Shown here: positions 1-10,183 of the stretch, one piece after another
How the letters are laid out: each line of letters begins with the position of its first letter
Numbering within the stretch: position 1 is the first letter of the stretch
Assembly (NCBI GenBank): GCA_963716255.1
Contig: OY970303.1
Location: 4,704,001 to 4,768,000, forward strand
Length of the DNA: 64,000 nucleotides
Origin: an uncultured Gemmatimonadales bacterium
GTDB lineage: Bacteria > Gemmatimonadota > Gemmatimonadetes > Longimicrobiales > Longimicrobiaceae
Direction: 5' to 3'
Position numbers and translations under genes: made by a program
Notes under the pieces: generated by a model
What the model was told of the DNA's origin: nothing
Database searches by the model: none
Seen by the model: only the letters and a program-made list of their open reading frames with translations

Positions 1-1
1 T

Positions 2-217
2 CTCCCCTCGCCCGTGGTGCTCACCATGGCGCTCGGGCTCCTCCTGCTGGCGACGGGCGCCGCGGCGGACGGTGCGCGGGCGGCGGCGGCGGTCCTGGTC
101 GTCGCGTCCGCGGCGCTGATGGTGCGCGCCTCCAACGACTGCGCGGCGGCGCTGGCGGCGCTCTACTGCGCGGCCGCGCGCACCGCTGCGGCCGACGCGC
201 GCCGGCCGGACCGGTGA
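2..217 (+). CDS. 3' end of a membrane-associated protein, possibly the C-terminus of a glycosyltransferase (partial, runs off the window)
   Basis: Open frame from the window edge with hydrophobic stretches (VVLTMALGLLLLATG; AAAVLVVASAALMV). The stop overlaps the next GTG start (GTGA at 214-217). The family guess is weak. Confidence 0.45.
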   Translation, partial: LPSPVVLTMALGLLLLATGAAADGARAAAAVLVVASAALMVRASNDCAAALAALYCAAARTAAADARRPDR

Positions 218-1200
218 GCGCCGCGTCGAGCCCGGCCGGGGGGCTCGTGTACCGGCCCTTCCGCGACGCGGACCTGCCCGGCGTGCTGCGCCTGTGGGAG
301 GAGGAGTCCGGGTGGGGGGGGATCACCCCGGAGCGGTGGCGCAGGTGGTTCGTGGACCGCCCGGACGGCGCCTGCCTGGTGATGGTGGCGGAGGACGGCG
401 ACGGGCGGGTGGCGGGGCAGCTGGTCTTCGCGCCCACCCGGGTGCGCATGGACGGCGAGGACGTGTCCGCGGTGCGGGTGGGCGCCCCCATCGTGGACCG
501 CGTCCGGCGCCGCCGCTCCGTGCGCCACCCGGAGCACCCGGCCACGCGGCTCTACCGGGCGGGTGCGCGGGCGGCGGCCGAGCGGGGCTTCCGCCTCCTG
601 TACGCCCTCCCCGATCACGGGTGGCTCCCCTTCTTCCGCTGGCTGGGCGGCTTCGCCGAGGCGGAGCTCGCCTGCCGGGGCGTGGACGCCGCGTCCGGCG
701 CCGCCGCGGCGTCCGGCCTCGCCGCGGGGCTGCGGGCCGCTCCGTCCGCCGGCTTCGGCGCGGAGCACGACGCGCTGTGGGAGCGGGCGGCGAGCGCGTT
801 TCCCGTATGCTGCGGGGTGGCGCGGGACGCGGCCCGCCTGCGCCACCGCATCGGCGGGCACCTGGTGCTGGAGGCGCGCGAGGAGGCGGGCGGCGCGCTG
901 GCGGGCTACGCCGCCGTGAACCGGCGCACGGGCCTGCTGGTGGACGTGCTGGCCCGCGCCCCGGCGGAGCTCGCCCCGGTGCTGGCCGCGTCCCTTGCGT
1001 GGCTCGCGGAAGCGCCGGCGGACGAGCCCGCACCGCGCGAGCTGAAGGCGATGGACACCCCCGCGCTCCGCCCCGCCCTGGACGCCCTGGGCTTCGCGCC
1101 GGTGGACTACCGCTTCGCCTTCGCCTGCACCCCGCTGGACCCGTCGCTCGCCGCGGACCGGATCCACCCGGCGCGCTGGTACCTGACCCCCGGCGACTGA
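214..1200 (+). CDS. GNAT-family acyltransferase-like protein (paralog 1)
   Basis: N-terminus YRPFRDADLPGVLRLW...LVMVAEDGDGRVAGQLVF fits a GNAT fold. It is colinear with the next gene (WGGIT/WGGLT, LYALPD/VYMLPD, PARWY/PARWY). Confidence 0.7.
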   Translation: MSAASSPAGGLVYRPFRDADLPGVLRLWEEESGWGGITPERWRRWFVDRPDGACLVMVAEDGDGRVAGQLVFAPTRVRMDGEDVSAVRVGAPIVDRVRRRRSVRHPEHPATRLYRAGARAAAERGFRLLYALPDHGWLPFFRWLGGFAEAELACRGVDAASGAAAASGLAAGLRAAPSAGFGAEHDALWERAASAFPVCCGVARDAARLRHRIGGHLVLEAREEAGGALAGYAAVNRRTGLLVDVLARAPAELAPVLAASLAWLAEAPADEPAPRELKAMDTPALRPALDALGFAPVDYRFAFACTPLDPSLAADRIHPARWYLTPGD

Positions 1201-1239
1201 GCCGGGGCGGGGACCCCCGCGGACGCCAGCGCGAGCCCC

Positions 1240-1393
1240 GCGTGAGGGATTTCGGCCCGAAGGGGCGAGACCCGGCGGGGCACCTCAGTTCAGAGGTGCT
1301 GCCGCCGGGGCTCGACTCCGTTAGCGAGCGTTGTTTGCTCGCTTACGGAGCCGAAGCCCGACCCCGGCGCCAGCCGGGGGCACGCCCAAACCC
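1240..1393 (+). repeat. Structured intergenic repeat, copy 1 (candidate ncRNA or REP/MITE-like element)
   Basis: GCGTGAGGGATTTCGGCCCGAAGGGGCGAGACCCG...GCCCGACCCCGGCGCCAGCCGGGGGCACGCCC, with several nested hairpins. A second copy lies at 13211-13346. Confidence 0.85.
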
Positions 1394-2383
1394 ATGTCCA
1401 CGACACGAATGCGCCTCACCTACCGGATGTTCGAGGAGGACGACTTCCCGGGGCTCCAGCGCCTGTGGGAGGACGCCACCGGGTGGGGAGGGCTCACCGC
1501 GGAGGTGTGGCGGCGCTACCGCGACCAGGGCCCGCTGGGCGGCATGGCGTGCGCGGTGGCCCAGGAGCGCGATTCGGGGAAGATCGTGGGTCAGTTCGCG
1601 TTCATCCCCTCGCTGGTGTCGGTGGACGGCAGGGCGGTGCGGGCCTTCCGCCCGGCCGCGCCCATCGTGGGGAGGGAGGCGCGCTGGGCGGGCCTGAACC
1701 CGGTGCGCCACCCCGTCGCCATGATGTACGGGACGGCGGTGCGCGCGCTCCGCGACCGCGGCGACGGGCTCGTCTACATGCTCCCGGACCCGCGCTGGCT
1801 GCGCTTCTTCCGCATGTTCCCGCGCCTGGTGTGCGGCTCCTTTCCGCTCTGGCGGATGCCGCTACCCCTGGCGGCGCCCCTGCCGCTCCCCGCCGGCTAC
1901 GCCGCCGCTCCGCTGGCGGAGCTGGACGGGCGCACGGACCGGCTGTGGGAGGCGGCGTCGCGCCTGCACGGGTGCTCGGTGGTGCGCGACGCGGCGGCGC
2001 TGGCGTGGAAGACGGGCGACGCCGCCTACGACGTGCTGGGGGTGGAGCACGGGGGCGAGCTGGTGGCGGTGGTGACCGCGCGGCCCAAGGGCGACCGCCA
2101 GTACCTGGTGTGCGACGTCCTGTTCGCGGATCCGGGCGAGCCGCTGCGCGCCGCGCTGGCCGCCGCGTGCAACCTGGCCGGGGAGCGCGCCCGCGCCGCG
2201 CCGCCGGAGCGCCCCATCGCCAAGGCCGCCGCGCTGGTGACGCCGGCGATGGAGCCCGCGGCGCGGGCGCTGGGGATGGAGCGCGACCGCTACGACTTTC
2301 CCCTGGTGATCGACGTGCTGGCGCCGTCCATCACCCGCGAGCAGGTGGCGCCCGCGCGGTGGTACGTCAGTGCCAACGACTGA
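1394..2383 (+). CDS. GNAT-family acyltransferase-like protein (paralog 2)
   Basis: ATG at 1394 (alternative 1409) directly after the repeat. TYRMFEEDDFPGLQRLW...CAVAQERDSGKIVGQFAF; paralogous to 214-1200. Confidence 0.7.
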   Translation: MSTTRMRLTYRMFEEDDFPGLQRLWEDATGWGGLTAEVWRRYRDQGPLGGMACAVAQERDSGKIVGQFAFIPSLVSVDGRAVRAFRPAAPIVGREARWAGLNPVRHPVAMMYGTAVRALRDRGDGLVYMLPDPRWLRFFRMFPRLVCGSFPLWRMPLPLAAPLPLPAGYAAAPLAELDGRTDRLWEAASRLHGCSVVRDAAALAWKTGDAAYDVLGVEHGGELVAVVTARPKGDRQYLVCDVLFADPGEPLRAALAAACNLAGERARAAPPERPIAKAAALVTPAMEPAARALGMERDRYDFPLVIDVLAPSITREQVAPARWYVSAND

Positions 2384-3575
2384 CGGGCGGCTGCGGATCG
2401 TGGTGGGCGGGTACCTGGGGCTCGCGCCGGCCGGGGGGCTGGCGTGGGACTACCTCCACTACCCGCTGGGCTTCGCGGCGCTGGGGCACGACGTGTTCTA
2501 CGTGGAGGACACGGGGCTCTGGCCCGTCTACCAGGCCGGCGGCGGCGGGGCGGACTGCGCGGCCAGCGTGGCCTTCCTGGCCGCGGCGATGGAGGGGGTG
2601 GGGCTGGGGGAGCGCTGGGCGTACCGCGACGAGGTGTCGGGGCGCTGGTGCGGGATGGCGGAGGCGCGCGCGCGCGAGGTCTGCCGCACCGCGGACGTCC
2701 TGGTCAACCTGTCGTGCGCCAGCGTGCTGCGCGACGAGCACGCGTCCGTCCCCGCGCGCATCCTGGTGGACACGGACCCCATGTTCACGCAGATCCAGTA
2801 CGCGGAGGCGGGGGAGGGGTTCACGCCGGGAGGGTCGGGGATCCGGGCGCTGGTGGCGGGGCACACGCACCACTTCACCTTCGGCGAGAGCGTGGGCGGG
2901 GAGGGGTGCCGCATCCCGGCGTGCGGGGTGGAGTGGCGCCCCACGCGCCAGCCGATCTTTCTTCCCGAGTGGCCGGCCGTGGAGCTTCCGTCGGACGCGG
3001 GCGCGGCGTTCACCACGCTGATGAACTGGACCGCGGGGCGGCCGCTCCGCCACGCGGGCGAGACGTGGGGGCAGAAGGACGTGGAGTTCCTGCGCTTCGC
3101 AGGGCTCCCGCGCCGCGTCCCCGGCCTCCCGCTGGCCGTGGCGGTGGGGCAGACGGGCGGGGCGGGGGAGCCCTTTCCGGCGGAGATGGCGCGGTCGCGG
3201 GGGTGGCGTGTGCTGGACCCGGCCGTCTGCGCGCCGGACCCGGCGCGGTACCGCGCGTTCATCCGGGCGTCGCGCGGGGAGTTCTCCGTCGCCAAGGAAA
3301 CGTACGTCAAGGCGGGGACCGGCTGGTTCTCGGGCCGCTCCGCCAGCTACCTCGCCTCGGGGCGGCCGGTGGTGGCGCAGGACACCGGCTGGAGCCGCCA
3401 CGTCCCGGCCGGCGAGGGGTGCTTCGCCTTCCGCACCGCGGACGAGGCGGCCGCGGCGCTGGAGGCGGTCGCCGCCGACCCGGCGCGCCACGCCCGCGCC
3501 GCCCGCCGCATCGCGGAGGAGCACTTCGACAGCGGCGCCGTCCTCGGCCGCCTCCTGGCCGGCGCGGGAGCGTGA
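2370..3575 (+). CDS. Putative glycosyltransferase (GT-B-like, uncharacterised family), paralog 1
   Basis: RIVVGGYLG...GGLAWDYLHY...LGHDVFYVED at the N-terminus. C-terminal SRGEFSVAK...GWFSGRSASYLASGRPVVAQDTG resembles a GT-B donor-binding domain. Paralog at 6376-7533. Confidence 0.65.
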   Translation: MPTTDGRLRIVVGGYLGLAPAGGLAWDYLHYPLGFAALGHDVFYVEDTGLWPVYQAGGGGADCAASVAFLAAAMEGVGLGERWAYRDEVSGRWCGMAEARAREVCRTADVLVNLSCASVLRDEHASVPARILVDTDPMFTQIQYAEAGEGFTPGGSGIRALVAGHTHHFTFGESVGGEGCRIPACGVEWRPTRQPIFLPEWPAVELPSDAGAAFTTLMNWTAGRPLRHAGETWGQKDVEFLRFAGLPRRVPGLPLAVAVGQTGGAGEPFPAEMARSRGWRVLDPAVCAPDPARYRAFIRASRGEFSVAKETYVKAGTGWFSGRSASYLASGRPVVAQDTGWSRHVPAGEGCFAFRTADEAAAALEAVAADPARHARAARRIAEEHFDSGAVLGRLLAGAGA

Positions 3576-3636
3576 GCGGGGCCGTTCGTCGCGAAAGGGA
3601 AGTTCCGAGGATCCATTCCACCACCAGGGGTGCCCC

Positions 3637-3897
3637 ATGTACGACGAGCTTACGCAGCGCGTGATCGACCACATCGCCCGGACGCACTCCATCCCCGCCG
3701 ACGCGGTCACGCCGGCGAGCACCTTCGAGGAGCTGGACATCGACTCGCTGGGCGCGATGAGCCTGGTGGCCGACCTGGAGATCGAGCTGGGGGTGGACGT
3801 CCCCAACGAGGAGCTGCTGAAGCTGAAGACGGTGGGGCAGGCGATCGACAGCCTGGCCCGCGTGCTGGCCGAAGCCGGCGCCGCGCCGCAGGGGTGA
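3637..3897 (+). CDS. Acyl carrier protein (NodF/AcpP-like)
   Basis: 86-aa acidic protein with the phosphopantetheine motif ELDIDSLG and LKTVGQAID. Translationally coupled to the KS gene (GTGA at 3894-3897). Confidence 0.9.
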   Translation: MYDELTQRVIDHIARTHSIPADAVTPASTFEELDIDSLGAMSLVADLEIELGVDVPNEELLKLKTVGQAIDSLARVLAEAGAAPQG

Positions 3898-5119
3898 GCG
3901 TGGGCGCGCGGCGGGTGGCCGTCACCGGGGTGGGCGCCGTCTCGGCGCTGGGCGCGGACGCGGCGGGGCTGTGGGCGTCGCTCGCCGCCGGGCGCCCGGG
4001 GATCGGGCCCATCGAGTCCGTGGACTGCAGCGCGCTCCGCTTCGCGAACGGCGCGGAGGTGCGCGGCTTCGACCCGGCCGCGCACTTCGAGCGCAAGCAG
4101 GCGGAGCTGATGGACCGCTTTGCCCAGTTCGCGGTGGTGGCCGCGCGCGAGGCGGTGGCGGCGGCCGGGGTGGAGTGGACCCCGGAGCTGCGCGAGACGG
4201 TCGCGGTGGTCACCGGCTCGGGGGTGGGGGGGCAGATCTCGGAGGAGCGGGTGTTCGTGGACAGCTACTTTACCGACGCCGGCCGGACGCACCCGCTGTC
4301 GATCCCGCGCGCGATGATGAATGCGGCGACGAGCCAGGTCACCATGGACCTGGGCGTGCACGGGCCGGCGTTCACCGTCTCCACCGCCTGTTCGTCGTCC
4401 AACCACGCCATCGGGCAGGCGTTCTGGATGGTGCGCTCGGGAGCCGCGGAGATGGCGGTGGCCGGCGGGGCGGAGGCGCCCTTCGCGCTGGGGCACCTGA
4501 AGAGCTGGAGCGCCCTGCGCGCCGTCGCTCCCGACACCTGCCGTCCCTTCTCGCTGGACCGCAGGGGGATGGTGCTGGGCGAGGGCGCGGCGATGCTGGT
4601 GCTGGAGCCGCTGGAGGCGGCGCGCGCCCGCGGGGCCCCGGTGCTGGCGGAGCTGGTGGGCTTCGGCATGTCGGCCGACGCCGGCCACGTCACGGCGCCC
4701 GCGGCCGCGGGTGCTGCGCGCGCGGTGCGGGCGGCGCTGCGCGACGCGGATCTCGCGCCGGAGCGGGTGCAGTACGTCAACGCGCACGGCACCGGGACCG
4801 CCGTGAACGATCCCATGGAGACGGCCGCCATCCGCGCGGTCTTCGGCGCGCACGCCGACCGGCTGGCGGTGAGCGCCACCAAGTCCATGCACGGCCACGC
4901 CCTGGGCGCGTCCGGGGCGCTGGAGGCGGTGGCCACGGTGCTGGCGCTCCGCCACGGCCTCCTGCCCCCACGGCAAACTTCACCGCGCCCGACCCCGAGT
5001 GCGACCTGGACGTCGTCCCCAACCAGGCGCGCGCGGCGCAGGTGGAGCACGCCATCTCCAACTCCTTCGCCTTCGGCGGGCTGAACGCGGTGCTGGCGTT
5101 CCGCAGGGGCGACGCGTGA
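3894..5119 (+). CDS. Beta-ketoacyl-ACP synthase (KAS II/NodE-like), with an apparent 1-nt frameshift near 4965-4969
   Basis: Cys-His-His triad motifs [20 protein letters not shown]. The C-terminus PTANF...[13 protein letters not shown] lies in a different frame after a C5 run; one extra C restores LPPTANF. Confidence 0.9.
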
Positions 5120-5724
5120 CGGCGGCCGAGCAGCTCCCGCTCTTCCACCCGCTGGTCCCCGGCGCCTCGCTCCCGGGAGACTGGTTTCCCGGCGCGGTCC
5201 CCGCCAACATCGAGGTGGGCGAGGGGACGGTGATCGACTCGTCGTTCTGCTTCAAGCACTTCTTCCCCGCCGGCCGGATCGGGCTGCGGGTGGGGCGCGG
5301 GGTGACGTTCTGGCGCACCTCGCTGGCGGCGGAGGAAAACGGCCTGATCGAGATCGGCGACTTCTGCTACCTCGCCAACGCGTCGCTGGCGTGCACGGAG
5401 CGGATCACGCTGGGGTCGCACGTGGTGGTGGCGGGCGGCGTCACCGTCGTGGACTCGGACTTCCACCCGCTCTCCCCCGCCGGGCGCCTGGCCGACACGG
5501 TGGCCCTCTCCCCCCGCGGCGACCGGAGCCGGCGCCCCGCCTTCGACGTGCGCCCCGTGGTGGTGGAGGACGACGTGTGGATCGGGTACAACGCCACCAT
5601 CCTCAAGGGCGTGACGGTCGGCGCGGGCGCGATCGTGGCGCCCGGGGCGGTGGTGGTGCGCGACGTCGCCCCCGGCGCCCACGTGGCCGGCAACCCCGCG
5701 CGCCCGGTGGAGGAGGGGCAGTGA
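5116..5724 (+). CDS. Left-handed beta-helix (hexapeptide-repeat) acyltransferase 1
   Basis: GTG overlaps the previous stop. Motifs [52 protein letters not shown]...VAGNPAR. Confidence 0.85.
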   Translation: MTAAEQLPLFHPLVPGASLPGDWFPGAVPANIEVGEGTVIDSSFCFKHFFPAGRIGLRVGRGVTFWRTSLAAEENGLIEIGDFCYLANASLACTERITLGSHVVVAGGVTVVDSDFHPLSPAGRLADTVALSPRGDRSRRPAFDVRPVVVEDDVWIGYNATILKGVTVGAGAIVAPGAVVVRDVAPGAHVAGNPARPVEEGQ

Positions 5725-6365
5725 GCGCGCCGGTGCGTCCGCCGCTGCGCCTGGAGCACGACTGGTTCCCCCGCGGCGTCCCCGGGAACGTGGCGCTGGG
5801 CGAGGACGTGTACCTGGACAGCGCCTACGGATTCGCCGCGTTCCACTCGGAGCGCGACCCGGGCGCCGTGCTGGGGGACGCGTGCGGCGCGTACGACCGC
5901 GCCACCCTGGTCGTGGGCCCCGAAGGGCGGGTGACGGTGGGGCCGTACACGGTGCTGAACGGCGTGTACCTGGTGTGCAGCGGCCGCATCTCCATCGGCG
6001 CGCACTGCCTGCTCGCCTGGGGCGCGGTGCTGACGGATTCGTGGAGCCCGGCCGGAATGCCCGTCGAGGCGCGCCGCGCCGCCCTGCGCGCGGCGGCGGC
6101 GGACCCGCGGCGCGTCTTCCCCGCGGCCGGCGAGCCGCGCCCGGTGACGCTGGAGGACAACGTGTGGGTGGGGTTCGACTCGGTGATCCTCCCGGGCGTG
6201 ACGCTGGGGCGCGGGTGCGTGGTCGGGTGCAGGACCGTGGTCGGCGCGGACGTCGCGCCATACGCCGTGGTCGCCGGGAGCCCCGCCCGCGTCCTCCGCG
6301 TGCTGGATCCGGACGATGGCGACGAGGTCCGCCGCCGCGCGCTCGTGGAGCGCGTCCACGCGTGA
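5721..6365 (+). CDS. Left-handed beta-helix (hexapeptide-repeat) acyltransferase 2
   Basis: GGAGGAGG RBS and GTG overlapping the previous stop. Motif [28 protein letters not shown]...VVAGSPAR. Shares DWFP...VP.N with paralog 1. Confidence 0.85.
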   Translation: MSAPVRPPLRLEHDWFPRGVPGNVALGEDVYLDSAYGFAAFHSERDPGAVLGDACGAYDRATLVVGPEGRVTVGPYTVLNGVYLVCSGRISIGAHCLLAWGAVLTDSWSPAGMPVEARRAALRAAAADPRRVFPAAGEPRPVTLEDNVWVGFDSVILPGVTLGRGCVVGCRTVVGADVAPYAVVAGSPARVLRVLDPDDGDEVRRRALVERVHA

Positions 6366-6375
6366 GCCTCCGGGC

Positions 6376-7533
6376 GTGAAGCTGCGCATCGTCGTCCTGG
6401 GCTACGTGGTGCGCGGGCCCATCGGGGGGATGGCGTGGCACCACCTCCAGTACGTGCTGGGGCTCCTCCGCCTGGGCCACGACGCCTGGTTCGTGGAGGA
6501 CAGCGACGACTATCCCGGCTGCTACGACCCGGCGCGCCACGTGGTGGACACCGATCCCTCGTACGGGCTGGCCTTCGCGGCGCGGGCCTTCCGGCGGCTG
6601 GGGATGGCGGAGCGCTGGGCGTACCACGACGCGCACGGCGGCGGATGGCGGGGGCCGGCGGCGGACCGCATCCGGGACGTCTGCCGGAGCGCCGACCTCG
6701 TCCTCAACCTGTCGGGCGTCAACCCTCTGCGGCCGTGGCTCGCGGAGGTGCCGCGGCGGGCGCTGGTGGACACCGACCCGGTCTTCACCCAGCTCCGCCA
6801 CCTCGCCGACGAGCGCGCGCGCGCCGCGGCCGCCCTGCACACGCACTTCTTTTCCTTCGGCGAGGGGATCGCGCGGGGGGGCGCGTGCGTGCCGGACGAC
6901 GGCTTCGCCTGGCGCCCCACGCGGCAGCCGGTGGTGCTGGACGCCTGGCTGGCGACGCCGGGGAGGCCGGAGGGGCGCTTCACCACCGTGATGCAGTGGG
7001 ACAGCTACCCCGCGCGCGAGCACGGCGGCCGGCGCTACGGGATGAAGAGCGAGTCGTTCGCCCCGTACCTGGACCTGCCGGCGCGCACCGGGCGGAGCTT
7101 GGAGATCGCCCTGGGCGGCGAGTCGGCGCCGCGCGGCCGGCTGCGCGCGCACGGCTGGCGGCTGCGCGACCCGCTCGTCGTGGCGCGCGACCCGTGGACG
7201 TACCAGCGGTACCTGCGGGACTCCATGGCCGAGTTCAGCGTGGCCAAGCACGGCTACGTGGCCGCGCGCAGCGGGTGGTTCAGCGAGCGCACCGCGGCGT
7301 ACCTGGCCAGCGGGCGACCGGCGCTGGTGCAGGACACCGGCTTCTCGGCGTGGCTGGAGACCGGCGCCGGCCTGCTCGCCTTCCGGTCGCCCGACGAGGC
7401 CGCGGCCGGCGTGGAGGAGATCGACCGCCGCTACGCCTTCCACTGCCGCGCCGCGCGCGAGACGGCCGAGCGCTGGTTCGATTCCGCCGCGGTGCTGGCG
7501 GAGCTGCTGGAGGGGACCGGAGGGGAGCCATGA
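6376..7533 (+). CDS. Putative glycosyltransferase (GT-B-like, uncharacterised family), paralog 2
   Basis: KLRIVVLGY...GGMAWHHLQY...LGHDAWFVED, VDTDPVFTQ, EFSVAKHGYV...GWFSERTAAYLASGRP. Colinear with 2370-3575. Start placed at GTG 6376 by alignment. Confidence 0.65.
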   Translation: MKLRIVVLGYVVRGPIGGMAWHHLQYVLGLLRLGHDAWFVEDSDDYPGCYDPARHVVDTDPSYGLAFAARAFRRLGMAERWAYHDAHGGGWRGPAADRIRDVCRSADLVLNLSGVNPLRPWLAEVPRRALVDTDPVFTQLRHLADERARAAAALHTHFFSFGEGIARGGACVPDDGFAWRPTRQPVVLDAWLATPGRPEGRFTTVMQWDSYPAREHGGRRYGMKSESFAPYLDLPARTGRSLEIALGGESAPRGRLRAHGWRLRDPLVVARDPWTYQRYLRDSMAEFSVAKHGYVAARSGWFSERTAAYLASGRPALVQDTGFSAWLETGAGLLAFRSPDEAAAGVEEIDRRYAFHCRAARETAERWFDSAAVLAELLEGTGGEP

Positions 7534-7589
7534 GACCGCTCTCGCTCGACCTGGTCGTCTGCACGTACGACAACGCGCCGCTCCTGGAC
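7523..7589 (+). repeat. Left copy of a 67-bp direct repeat; truncated 5' end of the GT2 gene (MRPLSLDLVVCTYDNAPLLD)
   Basis: Matches 12202-12268 with 4 mismatches; the last 36 bp are identical. Its ATG (7530) overlaps the upstream stop codon. Confidence 0.9.
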
Positions 7590-8990
7590 GCGGTGGCGCA
7601 TCCGCGGGTGTCACAATGGCTCGGCCCATAGCGAATTGCAGGAGAGATCGCCTGCGCATCCCAATCCGCTCGATGGTGCGGATCCCTGTTGCGGGTACGT
7701 ATGATCGTTCATGATTAAGGCAGCGGCGTCTGACATGGAGCCCTCCCGACGCCGCAACTGCACAACTGGCAACATAGGAGAGAAAAGTTGGACGAGCACG
7801 CAGGTAAATCCCCCGAAATGGACATGCCTAAGTTGCCGGCCGGCGTTCGGCTCATGCGCACGCTGCGGGGACACACAGCCTTAATCAGGCGAATTGCCTG
7901 GTCCCGCGACGGGCGCACGCTTGCGTCTCCCTCGAGAGATGGGACAGTTCGGTTGTGGGACTTGGAAACAGGCGAGTGCCTTCACACGCTAGAAGGGCAC
8001 GGCAGCGAAGTCAACACAGTGGCGTTCGATCTGGTCGGACGCACCCTGGTCAGCGGGGGTGAAGACCACAACATCAGGCTCTGGGAGACGACCAGCGGTA
8101 ACTCGCTCGGTGTTCTGGAAGGGCACGCGGATGCCGTCATGAGCACTGCATTCGACCCGACAGCACGAACGCTCGCCAGTGGGAGCCTTGATAGAACCAT
8201 CAAGTTATGGGATTTGGAGGGCGGAAAGCTACTCCGCACTCTCAACAGCCATGAGCGGGTCTGGATCGTGGCATTCGATGCCGAAGGCTCGATACTGGCC
8301 AGCGGCGGCGCAGAACCGATGGTAACGCTTTGGGACGTGGCCAGCGGCCAGATAGCCCGCAGCCTTGAGCACCAACGTGGGTGGACCGTGAGCGTAGCTC
8401 ATCACCCGAAGGGAGGCATGCTGGCCAGTGTGGGAGACAGCGACGCACTGGTCAAATTGTGGGAGGTTCCGAGCGGGCGGCTGCTTCGCACACTCGAAGG
8501 GCACACTGATTTCGCACTTGGCGTCACGTTTTCGGTGAACGGATTGCTTCTAGCATCCCGCGGCGGTCAGGAAGTACGCCTTTGGCGGCCCGACACGGGG
8601 ACGTGCGTAGCGGTGATCCCGGAACAGTCCACGGATAGTGAGTACCCAGGCATCGCCTTTCACCCCCACCTTCCCATCCTCGCCACGGTTGGTTCGGATC
8701 CACATGCGTCGGAGGACGAACTCGCTAGCGTCATCCATCTTTGGGAACTCGACCTCGCTACGCTGCTGCACCAGCAGCCCACATCATCTACTTACCATTA
8801 CCTGAACGCGAAAGTCGTGCTGCTGGGCGACACCGGTGTGGGGAAGTCGGGCCTCAGCCTCGTGCTCAACGGGCAGCCGTTCGCCGCGACCGACTCCACG
8901 CCGGGGCGGAAGGTCTGGACCCTTCGGTCGCAGGTAGTGGAGCTGAACGACCATCGCAAGCAGACCCGCGAGACGCTGCTCTGGGACCTA

Positions 8991-10183
8991 GTGGATCACC
9001 CCGGCTGAGGTGATGGGTATCGGGAGGAGAACTTCTCCCGAGCCTTGGCGGTTGTGAAACGCCACTGAATCGTGGCCTTGCTGCCGTTGCGGTCGCGGCA
9101 CCAGACGGCGGTTTCACGCTGCACGACTTCCATGCTGGGCAGGCGCCGGTCCAAGCATTGAGTGCCGAGCACGGAGAACTCCACCTCGGCCATGTTCAAC
9201 CAGCTTGCATGCTTGGGCGTGTGGTGCAACTCCAGGCGCTTTGCGATCCGGCTTGCTTCCTCGGGCGCGAACGCCTGGTAGAGCGAGGCCGGCGTGTGCG
9301 TGTTCAGGTTGTCCAGCACCACGCGGACCTTCTCCGCCTCCGGAAAATGCACGTCCACCAGATCCCGCATGCAGTGGGCGAAGTCGATCGCGGTGCGCCG
9401 CTGCGTGACCTTGACCTCTCGCCAGGCGGTGTCGGGGCTGAAGAAGAGGAAGAGGTTGCACGTGCCTTCGCGCCGGTACTCGTAGTCGAACCGCTCGGCC
9501 TGCCCCGGTCGCGCCGGCAGCGGCATGCGCACCTCGGACAGAAGTTGCAGAGGCATCTCGTCAAAGGCCACACGCGGCCGCTTCGGGTCGTTCGGCTCTG
9601 CATACAGGTCGAGCACGTCCTCCATCCGCCAGACGAATTCGGCCGTGATCTCCGGGATCAGCCACTGCTGGCGCTGCCACGGCTTCGTCTTGCTTTTTTG
9701 AGCGTGCGGCGCACCGTCTCATCCGAGATCGAGTCCACCGCCCCCAGTTCCACCAGCCGGTCCGCGAGCATCTGCATGCTCCAGCGGGCGCGCCCACCAG
9801 GCACGTCGCTGCAGGCCAGCGCCAGGAGCAGGGCCTCCGCTTTGCCTGTCAGCTTCGGCGGCATCGGCGGGCGGGGTTTCTCTGAGAGAGCCGCCTCCAG
9901 CCCTTCTTCCACGAAGCGCTTGCGGATGCGCTCCACCGTAGCGACCCCGACGCCCACGCCCGCGACGATCTGCTCGTCCGTGGCACCCTCGTCGGAGCGC
10001 AGCACCACCAGAGCGCGTTTGATCCGCCGCGCGCTTGCCTTCCCCTTGCGCGTGAGCACAAGCAGATCGCTGCGCTCCTGCTCCGTCAGCTTCACCTTGT
10101 ACCGCTTCGTCATCCTTCGGCTCCTGTACAACTGCGTACCCAAAGCCGAAGGATACCCCATCAACTCACTCGTGGTGCCCCAC
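8991..10183 (-). mobile_element. IS630-family insertion sequence (1193 bp) with TA target duplication
   Basis: TA at 8989-8990 and 10184-10185, in a CTAG context. About 31-bp imperfect terminal inverted repeats: GTGGATCACCCCGGCTGAGGTGATGGGTATC versus GTGGGGCACCACGAGTGAGTTGATGGGGTATC. Confidence 0.92.
8996..10113 (-). CDS. IS630 transposase, two ORFs joined by a probable -1 frameshift at A6G (9693-9699)
   Basis: ORF A (MTKRYKVKLT..., HTH-like, RWSMQMLADRL) runs to ...TLKK. The -1 frame continues KPWQRQQW...MEDVLDLY with DDE motifs FDE, VLDNLNTH and SWLNMAEVE. Confidence 0.9.

Noticed and set aside
1331..1393. TTG start at 1331 for the second GNAT
   Set aside because: The extension lies inside the structured repeat; alignment with the paralog supports a start at 1394 or 1409.
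9693..9699. Transposase frameshift as an inactivating mutation or sequencing error
   Set aside because: An A6G slippery site between HTH and DDE ORFs, followed by KPW, is the normal arrangement for many IS630 elements.
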